Origin: Methanocaldococcus indicus
GTDB lineage: Archaea; AGJL01; Methanococci; Methanococcales; Methanocaldococcaceae
DNA: 64,000 nucleotides
Reading direction: 5' to 3'
NCBI RefSeq assembly: GCF_049554935.1
Contig: NZ_CP186926.1
Location: forward strand, 768,001 to 832,000
The notes below the pieces were generated by a model, which saw only the letters and a list, made by a program, of their open reading frames with translations, was not told where the DNA came from and did no database searches. Numbering within the stretch: the first letter of the stretch is position 1; each line of letters opens with the position of its first letter. Made by a program: the position numbers and the translations under genes. Below are positions 1-13,287 of the stretch, in pieces.

Positions 1-1555
1 TTACGTTACCTCCAACAACTGGAATCTCAAATACATAACAACCTTCTGCCAAACCTTCAATACATTTTTTTAATTGCCAATATCTTTCTGGTTTTTCTGG
101 ATTTCCAAAGTTTAAATTATCTAAAAATGCTATTGGCTTAGCTCCAACAGTTGCTAAATTTCTAACTGCCTCAGCAACAGTATATAATGAACCAATATAT
201 GGATTTAACTTACAAAATCTTGAATTACATTCAGCAACTAATCCAATTCCTAATGGATAGAGTTTATCAATTTTTAAAACAGCTGCATCTTTTCCTGGCT
301 TAACCACAGTTCTTATTTGCACATCATAGTCATACTGTGAATAAATCCATTCTTTTGAGCAGATATTAGGACTTTCTAATAATTTTAGTATTACTTCCTT
401 TAAATCTTCTGGGAGAGGGATGTTCTCTTTATTATCTATCTTCTCCTTTATATCTGCCTTTTCTTCTCTATCATAGAGAGGAGCATTAGTTAATAACTCA
501 ATAGGTAAATCAACTACAACCTCTCCATTATACTTTGCAATAATTCTACCATTGTCTGTTGTCTCACCAATAACAGCAGCAGGTAAGTTGTATTTTTCAA
601 AGATTTTTATAATTTCATTCTCAGAACCTTTCTCAACAGCTAACAACATTCTTTCCTGACTTTCAGAAATCATTATTTCATAAGGAGTTAATGGTTCCCT
701 TAAAATAACTTTATCTAACTCTAACATACAGCCAGATAAGCACATCTCAGTTGATGCCCCAGATAAACCTGCTGCACCTAAATCTTTCATTGCTTTAACA
801 TTTTTAGTTTTTATTGCCTCTAATACAGCATCTATTAAATTTTTCTCAGTAAAAGCATCTCCAATCTGAACAGATGGTCTATCTTCTTCACTCTCTTCTG
901 TTAAATCTTTTGATGCAAAACTTGCTCCACCAATTCCATCTCTTCCAGTAGAGCCAACTAAGATTAAAGAATATCCTGGCTTATCTATTTTTCCTCTTAT
1001 TATATCTTCTTCTTTAACTAATCCTACACAAATTACATTAACTAAGTTGTTGTAGTTAAAAGAGTCATCAAACTCTGTCTCTCCACCAACAGTAGGAACT
1101 CCTATCCTATTTCCATAATCTCCAATCCCTCTAACAACTCCATCAATTAACCATCTAACTTTCTCTCCTTCTTCTCCAAAAGGATTTCCAAATCTTAAAC
1201 TATCTAAAAGAGCTATTGGCTTAGCCCCCATTGAGAGAACATCTCTAACTATTCCTCCAACACCAGTAGCAGCTCCATTATAAGGGTCTATATAGGAAGG
1301 ATGATTATGACTTTCCATAGCCAAAGCTAAACATATATCTCTATCTAGCCTTATAACTGCTGCATCATCTCCAATTCCAACAACAATATCTTTTTTAGTT
1401 TTCTCATTTATTGTTTTTGAAAAAATTCTTAAAAGTTTCTTAGAAGTTCTATAAGCACAATGCTCACTCCACAAGTTCTCAAACATTGCTAATTCAATCT
1501 CATTTAACTTTCTTCCTAACTTTTCTTCAATATATTTTATATCTTTTTCATCCAT
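1..1555 (-). CDS. purL: Phosphoribosylformylglycinamidine synthase subunit PurL (3' end outside window)
   Basis: Manual translation from ATG at 1555 gives [35 protein letters not shown]...ESHNHPS, with PurL motifs WSEHC and ESHNHPS. Not in the ORF track because it is truncated. Confidence 0.95.
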   Translation of the reverse strand, partial: MDEKDIKYIEEKLGRKLNEIELAMFENLWSEHCAYRTSKKLLRIFSKTINEKTKKDIVVGIGDDAAVIRLDRDICLALAMESHNHPSYIDPYNGAATGVGGIVRDVLSMGAKPIALLDSLRFGNPFGEEGEKVRWLIDGVVRGIGDYGNRIGVPTVGGETEFDDSFNYNNLVNVICVGLVKEEDIIRGKIDKPGYSLILVGSTGRDGIGGASFASKDLTEESEEDRPSVQIGDAFTEKNLIDAVLEAIKTKNVKAMKDLGAAGLSGASTEMCLSGCMLELDKVILREPLTPYEIMISESQERMLLAVEKGSENEIIKIFEKYNLPAAVIGETTDNGRIIAKYNGEVVVDLPIELLTNAPLYDREEKADIKEKIDNKENIPLPEDLKEVILKLLESPNICSKEWIYSQYDYDVQIRTVVKPGKDAAVLKIDKLYPLGIGLVAECNSRFCKLNPYIGSLYTVAEAVRNLATVGAKPIAFLDNLNFGNPEKPERYWQLKKCIEGLAEGCYVFEIPVVGGNV

Positions 1556-1580
1556 AACTCTCTTACCTTTAACATATCTT

Positions 1581-2483
1581 TTATTCTTCTACATTAACTT
1601 CAAAACTAATAAGTTTATTTTTGACAATACCATTACTTTCATATTCAACATAAAAATCTAATGGTACTTCTCCTAAATCTAATGGTTTTATATATATAAT
1701 ATATTTTTTAGATTCTGAAGGTTTAAGTTTCTTAATTTTTGGTAGTTTTTTACCTTTAAATTCTTCACAATTTATTTTTACTATTATGTTTTCAAATTCT
1801 TTTTCATCTGAATTGTTTTTAACTTCTAATTCCAATTTTGTCCATCTATTTACTTTAAAATTATATTTATCTATAGATAGCTCAATGGTTGCTGGTTTTT
1901 TTGGTCTTTCTTTACTTCCATTTATTTTCTTTTCAATAAGTTCTTTAGATTCTTTTGCAGATTTATATTCTGGTTTTAATTGTAAAACCTTATCAAAACA
2001 TTTAATAGCTTCTTCATACTTTCCTAACTTAGTCAATGCTAATCCTAAATTATACCAAGCATCTGCATAATTTGGATTTAACTCAATAGCTTTTTTATAA
2101 CATTCAATAGCTTCCTCATATTTCCCTAATTTTGCTAACGCTACCCCTTTATTGTTCCATGCATAATAATCTTTTGGATTCAATTCTAAAACTTTATCAT
2201 AACATTTAATAGCTTCTTCATATTTCCCTAATTTTGCATAAGCAACACCCATATTGAACCAAGCATCTACATAATCAGGATTTAACTCAACAGCTTTTTT
2301 GTAACATTCAATAGCTTCCTCATATCTACCCAATTTTGCTAATGCTACCCCTTTATTATACCATGCAGGAGCATAATTTGGATTTAACTCAATAACTTTA
2401 TCGTAACATTCAATAGCTTCCTCATATTTGCCCAACTTCGCTAATGCTACCCCTTTATTGAACCATGCCATAAAATCTTCCAT
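1581..2483 (-). CDS. TPR-repeat protein with C-terminal beta-rich (Ig-like) domain
   Basis: Five 34-aa TPR units ([22 protein letters not shown]..). Likely start is ATG 2483 after a GGTGGT RBS; the ORF track extends to 2498. Confidence 0.88.
   Translation of the reverse strand: MEDFMAWFNKGVALAKLGKYEEAIECYDKVIELNPNYAPAWYNKGVALAKLGRYEEAIECYKKAVELNPDYVDAWFNMGVAYAKLGKYEEAIKCYDKVLELNPKDYYAWNNKGVALAKLGKYEEAIECYKKAIELNPNYADAWYNLGLALTKLGKYEEAIKCFDKVLQLKPEYKSAKESKELIEKKINGSKERPKKPATIELSIDKYNFKVNRWTKLELEVKNNSDEKEFENIIVKINCEEFKGKKLPKIKKLKPSESKKYIIYIKPLDLGEVPLDFYVEYESNGIVKNKLISFEVNVEE
1965..2470 (-). repeat. Intragenic 102-bp tandem repeats (TPR units)
   Basis: cattcaatagcttcctcatat recurs at about 2101, 2305 and 2407, with variants in between, at multiples of 102 bp. 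Confidence 0.85.
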
Positions 2484-2636
2484 ACAACCACCGCACACAT
2501 GGTTATTTATAATATTCTATATTTGTAGTATTTTATTGTAAATTATGTAAAAAATGCTATATATATCTTTAATTCTATTTAGTGGTTAATTTAAATAAAT
2601 GAATATACAATTAATAAAAAAGTAAAATATATGAGA

Positions 2637-3092
2637 TTATTTGATAGGAACGAACATACTTGACCTTGTAGCTCCCATACCAGGAGAACCATGTTGTACT
2701 GGTTTTCTTGTTAATGAGAACTCTCCTAAATAGTGCCCAATCATTTCAGGTGTTATTTTAACTTCTACAAACTCTTTTCCATTATATACTCCAAAGGTTA
2801 ATCCTACCATATCTGGAGTAATAACAAAATCTCTACAGTGTGTTCTTATTATTCTTGGTTCTTTACCTTTGTTTAATAATCTTCTTGCTCTTTTAATTTT
2901 TATAGCTAATTTTCTTTGTTTTGGAGTTAAACCTCTTAATATTGTTCTTCTTTGTCTTGCTGGTAGTAATTTTATAAATTCTTTCATAGGCATTTGTTGT
3001 AATTCTTCTAATGTATATCCTCTATATCTAAACTCTACCTTTTTAGATATAGTTTGTTTTTTCTTTTTTCTTCTTACTCTCTTACTTGCCAT
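2637..3092 (-). CDS. rps19: 30S ribosomal protein S19 (uS19)
   Basis: RTHCRD and [14 protein letters not shown] motifs; operon position. Confidence 0.97.
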   Translation of the reverse strand: MASKRVRRKKKKQTISKKVEFRYRGYTLEELQQMPMKEFIKLLPARQRRTILRGLTPKQRKLAIKIKRARRLLNKGKEPRIIRTHCRDFVITPDMVGLTFGVYNGKEFVEVKITPEMIGHYLGEFSLTRKPVQHGSPGMGATRSSMFVPIK

Positions 3093-3105
3093 ACTAACTC
3101 ACCCT

Positions 3106-3840
3106 TTATTTTCTAACTCCTGTTCTTCTCGCAGATATGTGTCCTACTTTTCTACCAGCAGGAGCTTTCTTTCTTGATACAGTTGTTGGCTTACCAGTGT
3201 GTTGGTGTCTTCCACCACCAAATGGGTGGTCAACTGCGTTCATTGCAACTCCTCTAACTCTTGGCCATTTAATTGCTTTAGCTCTTAATGCATGATACTT
3301 TTTACCAGCTTTTACCATTGGTTTTTCTAATCTTCCTCCACCAGCAACAACTCCAATAGTAGCTCTACATTTAGAATCAAATACTTTCATCTTTCCAGAA
3401 GGTAATTTAACATAAGTTTTTTCATTAACTCTATCATGAGTTATAACATAAGCATAGCATCCTCCAGCTCTTACAATTTTACCTCCATCTCCTGGCATGG
3501 ACTCAATATTATATACAGGAATCCCTTCTGGAATTTCTCCTAATGGTAAAACATTTCCTGGTTTAATTTCAGCTCCAACTCCACACTCTAAGATATCTCC
3601 AACTTTACAACCTTCTGGAACTAAGTATAGTTTTTCTTCTCCTGTTTCAAACTTAACCAAAGCAACTGGGGCACTTCTCCCAGGGTCGTGAAGTATATCA
3701 ATAATTTTTCCTACAACTTTTCCATTTTTTTCTAATTCATCAAATTTTCTGTATTTTACTTCTCCTCTTCTCTTGTGAGATGGACAAGTATATACACTAC
3801 CTCCTCTACCTCTTCTTTGAGATATTAATCTTTTTCCCAT
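3106..3840 (-). CDS. rpl2: 50S ribosomal protein L2 (uL2)
   Basis: VRGVAMNAVDHPFGGG motif. Confidence 0.98.
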   Translation of the reverse strand: MGKRLISQRRGRGGSVYTCPSHKRRGEVKYRKFDELEKNGKVVGKIIDILHDPGRSAPVALVKFETGEEKLYLVPEGCKVGDILECGVGAEIKPGNVLPLGEIPEGIPVYNIESMPGDGGKIVRAGGCYAYVITHDRVNEKTYVKLPSGKMKVFDSKCRATIGVVAGGGRLEKPMVKAGKKYHALRAKAIKWPRVRGVAMNAVDHPFGGGRHQHTGKPTTVSRKKAPAGRKVGHISARRTGVRK

Positions 3841-3855
3841 GTTTAATCACCTAAT

Positions 3856-4116
3856 TTAGTAGATTCCTAACTCTGCTGCAATTTTACTTGCATCATATCC
3901 TTCTTTTAATTTAATATAAGCTTTTTTCTCTCCTTTTGGTGTAATTAATGTATTTACTTTCTCTACTTCAACATCAAACAACTCTTTCATTGCTTTTTTA
4001 ATATCTTGTTTTGTTGCCTTTCTATGGACTATAAATACTAATTTATTTTCCTCTTCTAACAACCTTATTGCTTTTTCTGTCACAACAGGATATAGTATTA
4101 CATCAAATGGGTCCAT
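3856..4116 (-). CDS. rpl23: 50S ribosomal protein L23 (uL23)
   Basis: PVVTEKA...KVNTLI...KKAYIKL motifs. Confidence 0.97.
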   Translation of the reverse strand: MDPFDVILYPVVTEKAIRLLEEENKLVFIVHRKATKQDIKKAMKELFDVEVEKVNTLITPKGEKKAYIKLKEGYDASKIAAELGIY

Positions 4117-4118
4117 GT

Positions 4119-4880
4119 TTATTCACCGAATCTTTCTTTTAATTTTTCTATTGCTCCTTCTGTGTAGATAGTTAATCTTCCAGCAACTCCTCCAGGAGCT
4201 AAATGTAGGACACTTAAATCTTTAGCAGTTATTACATCAACTCCTGGGAGATTTCTTGATGCTAATATAGCGTCACATTTATCAGAAACAACAACTAATA
4301 CACTTTTTGGTTTTCTATATCTTCTACCTCTCATTTTTCCTTTTCCAGCTCTAATTTTTTTACCTTCCTTAGCTCTTATAACATCATCAGCCAAACCTAA
4401 CTTTTCAAAAACACTATATACTTCTTTTGTTTTCTTTAAGTTTTCAAAGTCATTCTCAACAATAATAGGTAGTTCTTCAACATTAAATATATGTCCTCTT
4501 GCTTTAACTAATTCTACATTTGTTGTAGCTGATAAAGCACTTTTTATGGCTTTAATTCTTTCTTTTTTATTTATTCTTTCCCATAAAATTTTTTTAACTT
4601 TTGGAGGATGTGCTCTTCTTCCACCAACTGTCATTGGTGCTAAAGCAGCTCTTCCTCCTGGTAATCTTGGAACTCTTGCTAATCCATAACCTTTACCATA
4701 ACTTTCTGCACTTCTTCTTTTTCCAGCTAATGGGTCTGTCCCTTTTGGTTGTAATCTTGCAGTAAAAGCTGATAAAAATGCTCTTTTTATTAAATCTGGT
4801 CTGTATTCTGTTTCAAAGAATTCTGGAAGTTCAATATTTTTCACTACCTCTCCATTTAAGTTATAAACCTTAGCTTCCAT
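4119..4880 (-). CDS. rpl4: 50S ribosomal protein L4 (uL4)
   Basis: [16 protein letters not shown] and [11 protein letters not shown] motifs. Confidence 0.97.
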   Translation of the reverse strand: MEAKVYNLNGEVVKNIELPEFFETEYRPDLIKRAFLSAFTARLQPKGTDPLAGKRRSAESYGKGYGLARVPRLPGGRAALAPMTVGGRRAHPPKVKKILWERINKKERIKAIKSALSATTNVELVKARGHIFNVEELPIIVENDFENLKKTKEVYSVFEKLGLADDVIRAKEGKKIRAGKGKMRGRRYRKPKSVLVVVSDKCDAILASRNLPGVDVITAKDLSVLHLAPGGVAGRLTIYTEGAIEKLKERFGE

Positions 4881-4896
4881 GTTTTATTCACCATTT

Positions 4897-5895
4897 TTAT
4901 TGTTTTGATTCTCTACTAATATATGTAATTTCTGGGACTTTTATTAAAGGTTCTTCTGGTCTTATTGCACTTCTCAATACAATTAATCTTTTTTGTGGTC
5001 CTTGAACACTTCCTTTTAAAACAACATAATCATTCTTTATAACTCCATAGTGTGGAAATCCTCCTTTTGGAGTTATTTCTTCCCCATTATTTCCTATTTT
5101 TAATATTCTTTTGTTGTATTCTGTTCTTTGGTGATATCCCATTTGTCCTGGTCTTGGAACAGTCCACATTATCATTTTAGGTTGCCATGGGTTAATTGAA
5201 CCTACGTGTCTTGCATATCCTTGTCTTTTGTGTTTTCTTGGTTGTATTCTTACTCCCCATCTTTTTATAACTCCTTGGAATCCTTTACCTTTTGTTATTC
5301 CAATTGTATCAATTAATTCTCCTTCTTGGAAGACATCTGTTATTTTCAACTGCTTACCTAAAATTTCTTTTGCGTAGTTTAATCTCTCTTCTATATCTTT
5401 TCCACCAATTCTTATCTCTAATATTTCTGGTTTTTTCTTTGGTAAGCATGTTAATTTAGGATTTGTGTGAATTAGAACTCTAACATCTTCTATTTTATCT
5501 TTTATCTCATCTAAGTAATCAACTGTTTTTCTATCTTCTTTTTTTGGAAGTTGTATTTTTCTATCTAACTCTCTATCTAACTCATCAGCCCAAACTTCTG
5601 TTAAAGTTGTTAAATAGTTTCTTTCATTTCTTCCATAAACTCTAATTCCAAATACATTTATTGGAGGAGCTTCTAAAATTGTTATAGGAGTAAATACTTC
5701 TTGTCCTGCTTTTGGACTTTTTTGGTTATCTTCTTTTATTAAAGCATGGCTCATTCCTGCTTTATAAACAGGGAAAGCTTGCAATCTAACTTTATCTTCA
5801 TCTGGCCAGCTTCTAATTCTTGGCACAGGTCTTTTAGCTCTTTTTCTTGGACTAAATCCTAATGAACCTCTTCTTGGTCTGTGATATTTTACCAT
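4897..5895 (-). CDS. rpl3: 50S ribosomal protein L3 (uL3)
   Basis: [14 protein letters not shown] and [13 protein letters not shown] motifs. Confidence 0.98.
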   Translation of the reverse strand: MVKYHRPRRGSLGFSPRKRAKRPVPRIRSWPDEDKVRLQAFPVYKAGMSHALIKEDNQKSPKAGQEVFTPITILEAPPINVFGIRVYGRNERNYLTTLTEVWADELDRELDRKIQLPKKEDRKTVDYLDEIKDKIEDVRVLIHTNPKLTCLPKKKPEILEIRIGGKDIEERLNYAKEILGKQLKITDVFQEGELIDTIGITKGKGFQGVIKRWGVRIQPRKHKRQGYARHVGSINPWQPKMIMWTVPRPGQMGYHQRTEYNKRILKIGNNGEEITPKGGFPHYGVIKNDYVVLKGSVQGPQKRLIVLRSAIRPEEPLIKVPEITYISRESKQ

Positions 5896-5963
5896 ACTAA
5901 ATAACCTCCTAAATTTATTTAAGTTATGAGAAATGAACTATGAATATATAACTTTTGTTGTAT

Positions 5964-6005
5964 ATGACCTGTCATTGCCCTAAATGGGCTTTTCAGGTTA
6001 TCCCC
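5964..6005 (-). ncRNA. Candidate structured leader (GC-rich hairpin) upstream of the rpl3 operon
   Basis: Minus strand reads GGGGAUA ACCUG AAAA GCCC AUUUA GGGC AAUGA CAGGU: two stems around a purine-rich internal loop in an AT-rich spacer, downstream of a BRE/TATA-like element at 6044-6063. Confidence 0.5.
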
Positions 6006-6119
6006 TTATAAAAGAGAATTAGCTTTAAAATTAAATATGTATATTATATATAAAACTTTTGGTAGTTAAATCTCTTATAAAATTAATTATTCTGGCTATT
6101 GGTTATACAGGGTGGATAA

Positions 6120-7004
6120 ATGGATAAATTAATATATTTCCCTTTATTAGGATTTTTGTTATCTTTGATACTAACAAAGATTATAATTAAAAAAATAAAA
6201 AAGTTTGGTTATGATATTCATAAATTGGAAAGATATAAAGTACCAGAAATGGGAGGATTAGCAGTATTGTTATCATCTTGTTTAGTTTTTCCATATATAA
6301 ATTTAGAATTTTTAGTTCCTATATTATCTACTGGAATTGTTGGAGTTATTGATGATTTATCAAATTTATCTCCAAAAGAAAAGTTAATATTGTTATTTTT
6401 AGTTGGTTTCTTTTTTGGTTTAACTTTTAATGTATATTTTGCAATAGGTTTGGGTATAATGTTTATGGTTTTCTCAAATTTAACAAATATGTTAGCAGGG
6501 TTTAATGGATTAGAAGTTGGTTTAGGTGTTCTCTCATCTCTATTCTTAGGAATTATATTGTTGTTAGATAATCAATATATAGGATTTATTGCATGTTTAA
6601 CATTTTCTTTTATCTATTTAGGATTATTATTCTATAATAGATATCCAGCTAAAATATTCCCAGGAGATTGTGGAACTTTGCCAATAGGTGCATTCTTATC
6701 ATTTATATCATTATATTACAATGAAATTATTCCATTTTTTATAATAATGGCTCCCTATATAATTGATGCATCTTTAAAATATTTATCAGCAGGAGTTATG
6801 AGTAGAGATGAGCATAAACCAACAACAATAAGAGAAGATGGAAAACTTTATTACATCTCAGGATACTTATCATTACCAAGGTTAATATTAAAGATTAAAC
6901 CTATGAAAGAGTATTATTTAGTTTCAGTTATCTTGCTAATTGAGGTTTTATTTGGCATTTTAGCAATAGTATTTAAGGAGATAGTATGGACTTTTCTTAC
7001 ATAA
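6120..7004 (+). CDS. UDP-GlcNAc:dolichol-phosphate GlcNAc-1-phosphotransferase (GT4/MraY family, AglH-like)
   Basis: VPEMGG, GVIDD, NMLAGFNGLE and IFPGD motifs; polytopic membrane protein. Confidence 0.88.
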   Translation: MDKLIYFPLLGFLLSLILTKIIIKKIKKFGYDIHKLERYKVPEMGGLAVLLSSCLVFPYINLEFLVPILSTGIVGVIDDLSNLSPKEKLILLFLVGFFFGLTFNVYFAIGLGIMFMVFSNLTNMLAGFNGLEVGLGVLSSLFLGIILLLDNQYIGFIACLTFSFIYLGLLFYNRYPAKIFPGDCGTLPIGAFLSFISLYYNEIIPFFIIMAPYIIDASLKYLSAGVMSRDEHKPTTIREDGKLYYISGYLSLPRLILKIKPMKEYYLVSVILLIEVLFGILAIVFKEIVWTFLT

Positions 7005-7225
7005 ATTTGGAGTTTGAAGAGGTTGAAATAGAAATAAATAAAAACTCATTAAAAACAAAAAGGAAATTTGCATTTTTATTAGATGAAGGTGATATTCTAA
7101 TAGAAAAAATAAATAATCTATATGCTAATGATGAGGTTGAGGTTGTTGAAAGTTATAAAATAGACAACAATATACCAAAAGAAAAAGTAAAACTATATAA
7201 AATAAAAAAAATAGAGAGGTTATAA
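6986..7225 (+). CDS. Hypothetical protein
   Basis: 79-aa ORF with GGAG RBS, tightly packed between neighbours. Confidence 0.65.
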   Translation: MDFSYINLEFEEVEIEINKNSLKTKRKFAFLLDEGDILIEKINNLYANDEVEVVESYKIDNNIPKEKVKLYKIKKIERL

Positions 7226-7226
7226 G

Positions 7227-7502
7227 ATGGAAATTGAAGGTAAGTGTTGTTTAATTCATACTATTGGTGGTTTAATTTTTGGATATTTTGCAAATTATGT
7301 ATATACATCAGGATTGGGTATATTTAGTGGAATAACAACATTAATTTATTTATTTATAGGAGCAGTTATATTTGGACATCTTACTGCAAAAATTTTAGGA
7401 GAAGAAAGTTTAAATCAAAAACAATGGTTATCTTCTGGAGTTTTCCCATTCTATTTAATAGCCATTATAGTGTGGATACTAAAATATAATTCAATAATAT
7501 AA
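7227..7502 (+). CDS. Small membrane protein (EMC6-like archaeal family)
   Basis: Three hydrophobic segments in 91 aa. Confidence 0.65.
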   Translation: MEIEGKCCLIHTIGGLIFGYFANYVYTSGLGIFSGITTLIYLFIGAVIFGHLTAKILGEESLNQKQWLSSGVFPFYLIAIIVWILKYNSII

Positions 7503-7594
7503 ATTAATAAATACATTTTTATTTTCATAAGTTTTATATAATGTAATGTAAGTTTTAATTTTAAGCAAACTTTAAAAATATTAAATTATTTAAG

Positions 7595-7996
7595 GTGAAA
7601 GAGATGCCAGGAACAAAACAAGTCAATGTTGGTTCTTTAAAAGTTGGACAGTATGTAATGATTGATGGAATTCCATGTGAGATAGTAGATATTAGTGTCT
7701 CAAAACCAGGAAAACATGGTGGAGCAAAGGCAAGAGTTGTAGGTATTGGAATATTTGAAAAAGTTAAAAAAGAGTTTGTTGCTCCAACATCAAGTAAAGT
7801 AGAAGTTCCAATTATTGACAGAAGAAGAGGACAAGTTATTGCAGTAGTTGGAGAAACTGCTCAAATTATGGACTATGAAACTTATGAAACCTTAGAATTG
7901 CCAATTCCAGAAGGTATTGAATTAGAGCCAGGACAAGATGTTGAGTATATTGAAGCTGTTGGACAATACAAAATAACAAGAGCAATAAAACAATAA
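7595..7996 (+). CDS. eif5a: Translation factor aIF-5A (likely start ATG 7604)
   Basis: Hypusine motif SKPGKHGGAK. Confidence 0.97.
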   Translation: MKEMPGTKQVNVGSLKVGQYVMIDGIPCEIVDISVSKPGKHGGAKARVVGIGIFEKVKKEFVAPTSSKVEVPIIDRRRGQVIAVVGETAQIMDYETYETLELPIPEGIELEPGQDVEYIEAVGQYKITRAIKQ

Positions 7997-8013
7997 AAAA
8001 TTAAAGATGTAAA

Positions 8014-10058
<2,045 letters not shown>

Positions 10059-10062
10059 AAAT

Positions 10063-10272
10063 ATGGCTATTGAGATAATAGTTGATAAAGAGAAGTGTAT
10101 TGGATGTGGGAGATGTTATGATGTGTGCCCAAAAGCTCCTTTAATTTGGAAGAAAGATGGAAATAATAAATACTATGCATACAACACAGAATATTGTCAT
10201 AATTGCAAGTTTTGTGCTGGAAGATGTCCTACAAATGCTATTAAGGTTATTGTCAAGAGAGTGAAAAGATGA
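10063..10272 (+). CDS. 2x[4Fe-4S] ferredoxin
   Basis: Two CxxCxxCxxxCP motifs. Confidence 0.92.
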   Translation: MAIEIIVDKEKCIGCGRCYDVCPKAPLIWKKDGNNKYYAYNTEYCHNCKFCAGRCPTNAIKVIVKRVKR

Positions 10273-11174
10273 GGAGTTTAAAAGAAAGATTTTCTCATAT
10301 AACAAAAGTCCATCCATGTTTTAATGAAAAAGTTCATGATAAAGTTGGAAGAGTGCATTTACCAGTAGCACCAAGATGTAATATTGCATGTAAGTTTTGT
10401 ATAAGGAGTGTTAAAGATAAAGATTACAGACCAGGAGTTTCAGAGTTGATATTAAAACCAGAGGAGGTAGAAGAATATTTAAATAGAATTTTAAAAGAAA
10501 TTCCAAATATAAAAGTAGTTGGTATTGCAGGACCAGGAGACAGTTTATTTAATAAAGAAACTTTTGAAACTCTCAAAATTATTGATGAAAAGTTTCCAGA
10601 TTTAATAAAATGTCTATCAACTAATGGCTTATTATTATCAAAATACTACAAAGACTTAGCAGATTTAAATGTTAGAACTGTAACAGTTACAATAAATGCA
10701 GTTAAGCCAGAAATATTAAAAGATATTGTTGAATGGGTTTATTATAACAAAAAAGTTTATAAAGGAGAAGAAGGAGCAAAAATATTAATAAAAAATCAGT
10801 TGGATGGTTTAAAAAAGGCTTATGATGAAGGACTTATTATAAAGGTAAATACTGTTTTAATTCCAGAGATAAATATGAATCATATTTTAGAAATATCAAG
10901 AGCTGTTAAAGATTATGCATATATACAGAATATAATTCCTCTCATTCCACTCTATAAAATGAAACATTTAAGACCACCAACATGTGAAGAAATTAAGAAA
11001 ATTAGAGAGGAAGCAGAGAAAATAATTCCACAATTTAGAGCTTGTGGGCAGTGTAGAGCAGATTCAGTAGGATTAATAAAAGAAAGAAAAATATTATTAG
11101 ATTTCTTTAAAGAGAAAAATAGACCTCTAAAAAAAGATATTGACTTATTTAACTTAAAGCATTTTTCTCATTAA
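10269..11174 (+). CDS. nifB: Single-domain NifB-type radical SAM protein
   Basis: HPC, AxRCNIACKFC, GIAGPGD and CGQCRAD motifs typical of archaeal NifB. Confidence 0.88.
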   Translation: MRSLKERFSHITKVHPCFNEKVHDKVGRVHLPVAPRCNIACKFCIRSVKDKDYRPGVSELILKPEEVEEYLNRILKEIPNIKVVGIAGPGDSLFNKETFETLKIIDEKFPDLIKCLSTNGLLLSKYYKDLADLNVRTVTVTINAVKPEILKDIVEWVYYNKKVYKGEEGAKILIKNQLDGLKKAYDEGLIIKVNTVLIPEINMNHILEISRAVKDYAYIQNIIPLIPLYKMKHLRPPTCEEIKKIREEAEKIIPQFRACGQCRADSVGLIKERKILLDFFKEKNRPLKKDIDLFNLKHFSH

Positions 11175-11491
11175 TCTCTTAAATATTTATAAAAATGAGG
11201 TTCTTCATAATTTTTTAAATCTCTAACAAATGGACAATCTTTTGGAAATACTCTTGCTAATATTCCTTCTATAACTGTTAAACAATCATATTTAAACCTT
11301 TCATTATAAACTTTACATAACTTTTTTTCTTTATCAAAATGCTCACAATAAATTAATTCTAACCCTTTTTCTGTCTTATATGCATGTATTATACAACATC
11401 TTCCACATCTTTCACATTTCTCAGGAGGAAACAATTCTTTACTTATCTTTATTGCATGTTCCTTAGAATATCTCAAACTAAAAACCTCCAT
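11171..11491 (-). CDS. YkgJ-like cysteine-cluster protein
   Basis: CERCGRCC motif plus further Cys residues. Confidence 0.75.
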   Translation of the reverse strand: MEVFSLRYSKEHAIKISKELFPPEKCERCGRCCIIHAYKTEKGLELIYCEHFDKEKKLCKVYNERFKYDCLTVIEGILARVFPKDCPFVRDLKNYEEPHFYKYLRD

Positions 11492-11637
11492 TATATAATA
11501 TATTCATATAAATCATTTTTTTGGTGTAATTATTAAGTAATTCATAAATTTTATATAGGTAATTAGATTTAGTAATTAAATAACTATTCTACTTTATATA
11601 ACAAAACTTTATTATATAAAAATGTATTGGTGATAGT

Positions 11638-13110
11638 GTGAAATTACCTAAAATTATGTTGAAAATTCTACCTGTTATAGTGGGGTATATTGTATTGGGG
11701 ATAGTATTCTCCATTTTAGTTATAAGTTCAGCACCAAATTTGATGAACTATGGTATTATATTTATTATATTATTTATAATTTTTGGAATAATTTCGTTGA
11801 TTTACTTACAAAAAACATTAATAGCTCCAATAGTTAATTTAAGCAAATTTAGCAGAGAAATTTTAGATGGAAATATAGAGATTGATGAAGAAAAAATAAA
11901 AATTAGTAATGATGAAATTGGAGACATTTATAAAGGATTTTTAGAGTTACATAAAAAGCTATATGAATTAGATAAAAAAATAAAAGAGTATCAAAAAGAT
12001 GTTAAATCATTAATTAAAGAAATAACTCAAGTTATGGAAGGTATAGTAAATGGAGATTTAACTGTCAGAATGAATGAAAATAGAAAAAGAAACAAACTTC
12101 AAAAATTAATTAACCAGGCCTTAGATGAATTAGCTAAAATGATTTGCAGTTTAACAAGTGTTGTATTTTTCTTAAAAGAAGAAATTGAAAAAGCAAGAAA
12201 AGAAGTGGAAAGACTACAAGAAGCTTCTGAACAGATAGCAGATGCTTCACAACAAGTAGCTACAGCAGCAACAGACCAATCAACAAAACTACAAGATATA
12301 AGTCAAGAGTTAGAGGATGTTACAAATATAACAAGAGGTGTTTATGACTCTGCTGTTAGTGGAGTTGATGCTGTTAGAGTAGTAGAAGATTCTACAAACT
12401 TAGGTGTTGAAAAGGTTGAGCACGCAATTGAAACAATGCAAAGAATTGCAAACGTTATAGATGAGTTAGGTAGAGCTTTAGAAGAGTTAGGTAGAGAAAG
12501 CCAAAAAATTAATGAGATAACCGCTCTAATTAAAGATATTGCCGAACAAACAGGATTATTAGCATTAAACGCATCTATTGAAGCGGCAAGAGCAGGAGAT
12601 GCTGGAAGAGGTTTCGCCGTTGTCGCAAGTGAAATTAAAGGTTTAGCTGAAGAGATTGGTAAGTCTGTTGATGATATTAATAAAACTATAAGTGAAATAC
12701 AAGAGAAAATTAATAAAACAATTGATTTAGGGTTAGCAGGGAAGGAAGAGGTTGATAAAGGAGTTGTCGCAATTGATGAAGTTAATAATGCATTTATGAA
12801 AATTAAGGAGAGTGTTGATTTAGTAAATCAAAAGATGGAAGAGATAAAATCAGCGGCTGAAAAAGCTGCTGAGAGTATTCAAGCCGCTTTAAGAGATGTG
12901 CAAGATGTCGCTTCTATATCTGAAGAGTTCGCCGCTACCGCTGAAGAATTAACCGCTTCTACAGAAGAATTAAATGCTTCAATAAGTACATTTAGAGAGA
13001 TTATTAGTAAATTAGAAAAAAAAGCCTTAGAAGCTGAGGAATTAAGTAAGAGATTTAAAGTAACATGCTCTTCAAATGTTACTCCAAATGTTACTCAATC
13101 TAAAAATTAA
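11638..13110 (+). CDS. Methyl-accepting chemotaxis protein (2 TM, HAMP, signalling domain)
   Basis: [33 protein letters not shown] hairpin tip. Confidence 0.95.
   Translation: MKLPKIMLKILPVIVGYIVLGIVFSILVISSAPNLMNYGIIFIILFIIFGIISLIYLQKTLIAPIVNLSKFSREILDGNIEIDEEKIKISNDEIGDIYKGFLELHKKLYELDKKIKEYQKDVKSLIKEITQVMEGIVNGDLTVRMNENRKRNKLQKLINQALDELAKMICSLTSVVFFLKEEIEKARKEVERLQEASEQIADASQQVATAATDQSTKLQDISQELEDVTNITRGVYDSAVSGVDAVRVVEDSTNLGVEKVEHAIETMQRIANVIDELGRALEELGRESQKINEITALIKDIAEQTGLLALNASIEAARAGDAGRGFAVVASEIKGLAEEIGKSVDDINKTISEIQEKINKTIDLGLAGKEEVDKGVVAIDEVNNAFMKIKESVDLVNQKMEEIKSAAEKAAESIQAALRDVQDVASISEEFAATAEELTASTEELNASISTFREIISKLEKKALEAEELSKRFKVTCSSNVTPNVTQSKN
12248..12978 (+). repeat. Near-identical copy 1 of MCP signalling module
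   Basis: Aligns without gaps to 26465-27195 (offset 14217); protein segments are identical in the ORF track. Confidence 0.93.
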
Positions 13111-13287
13111 ATACACATATTCAATATCTTATATAAATCAGTTAAAAAAATTTATTTTAAGTATCATTAAAATACTTTTACCAATGATATTTTTATATAA
13201 CTTATCTTATAATATAAGTTAATTTATTGTAGTTAAAATAGTATTAATGTATAAAATATATAGAAATCTAATGTGTGGGGATATTGT

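Noticed and set aside
2637-3092. Ribosomal operon ending at rps19 without rpl22
   Set aside because: The same split is known in M. jannaschii, so it is not novel.
5964-6005. Hairpin as an archaeal SECIS element
   Set aside because: The internal loop does not fit the GAA/A consensus and no neighbouring gene shows an in-frame UGA.
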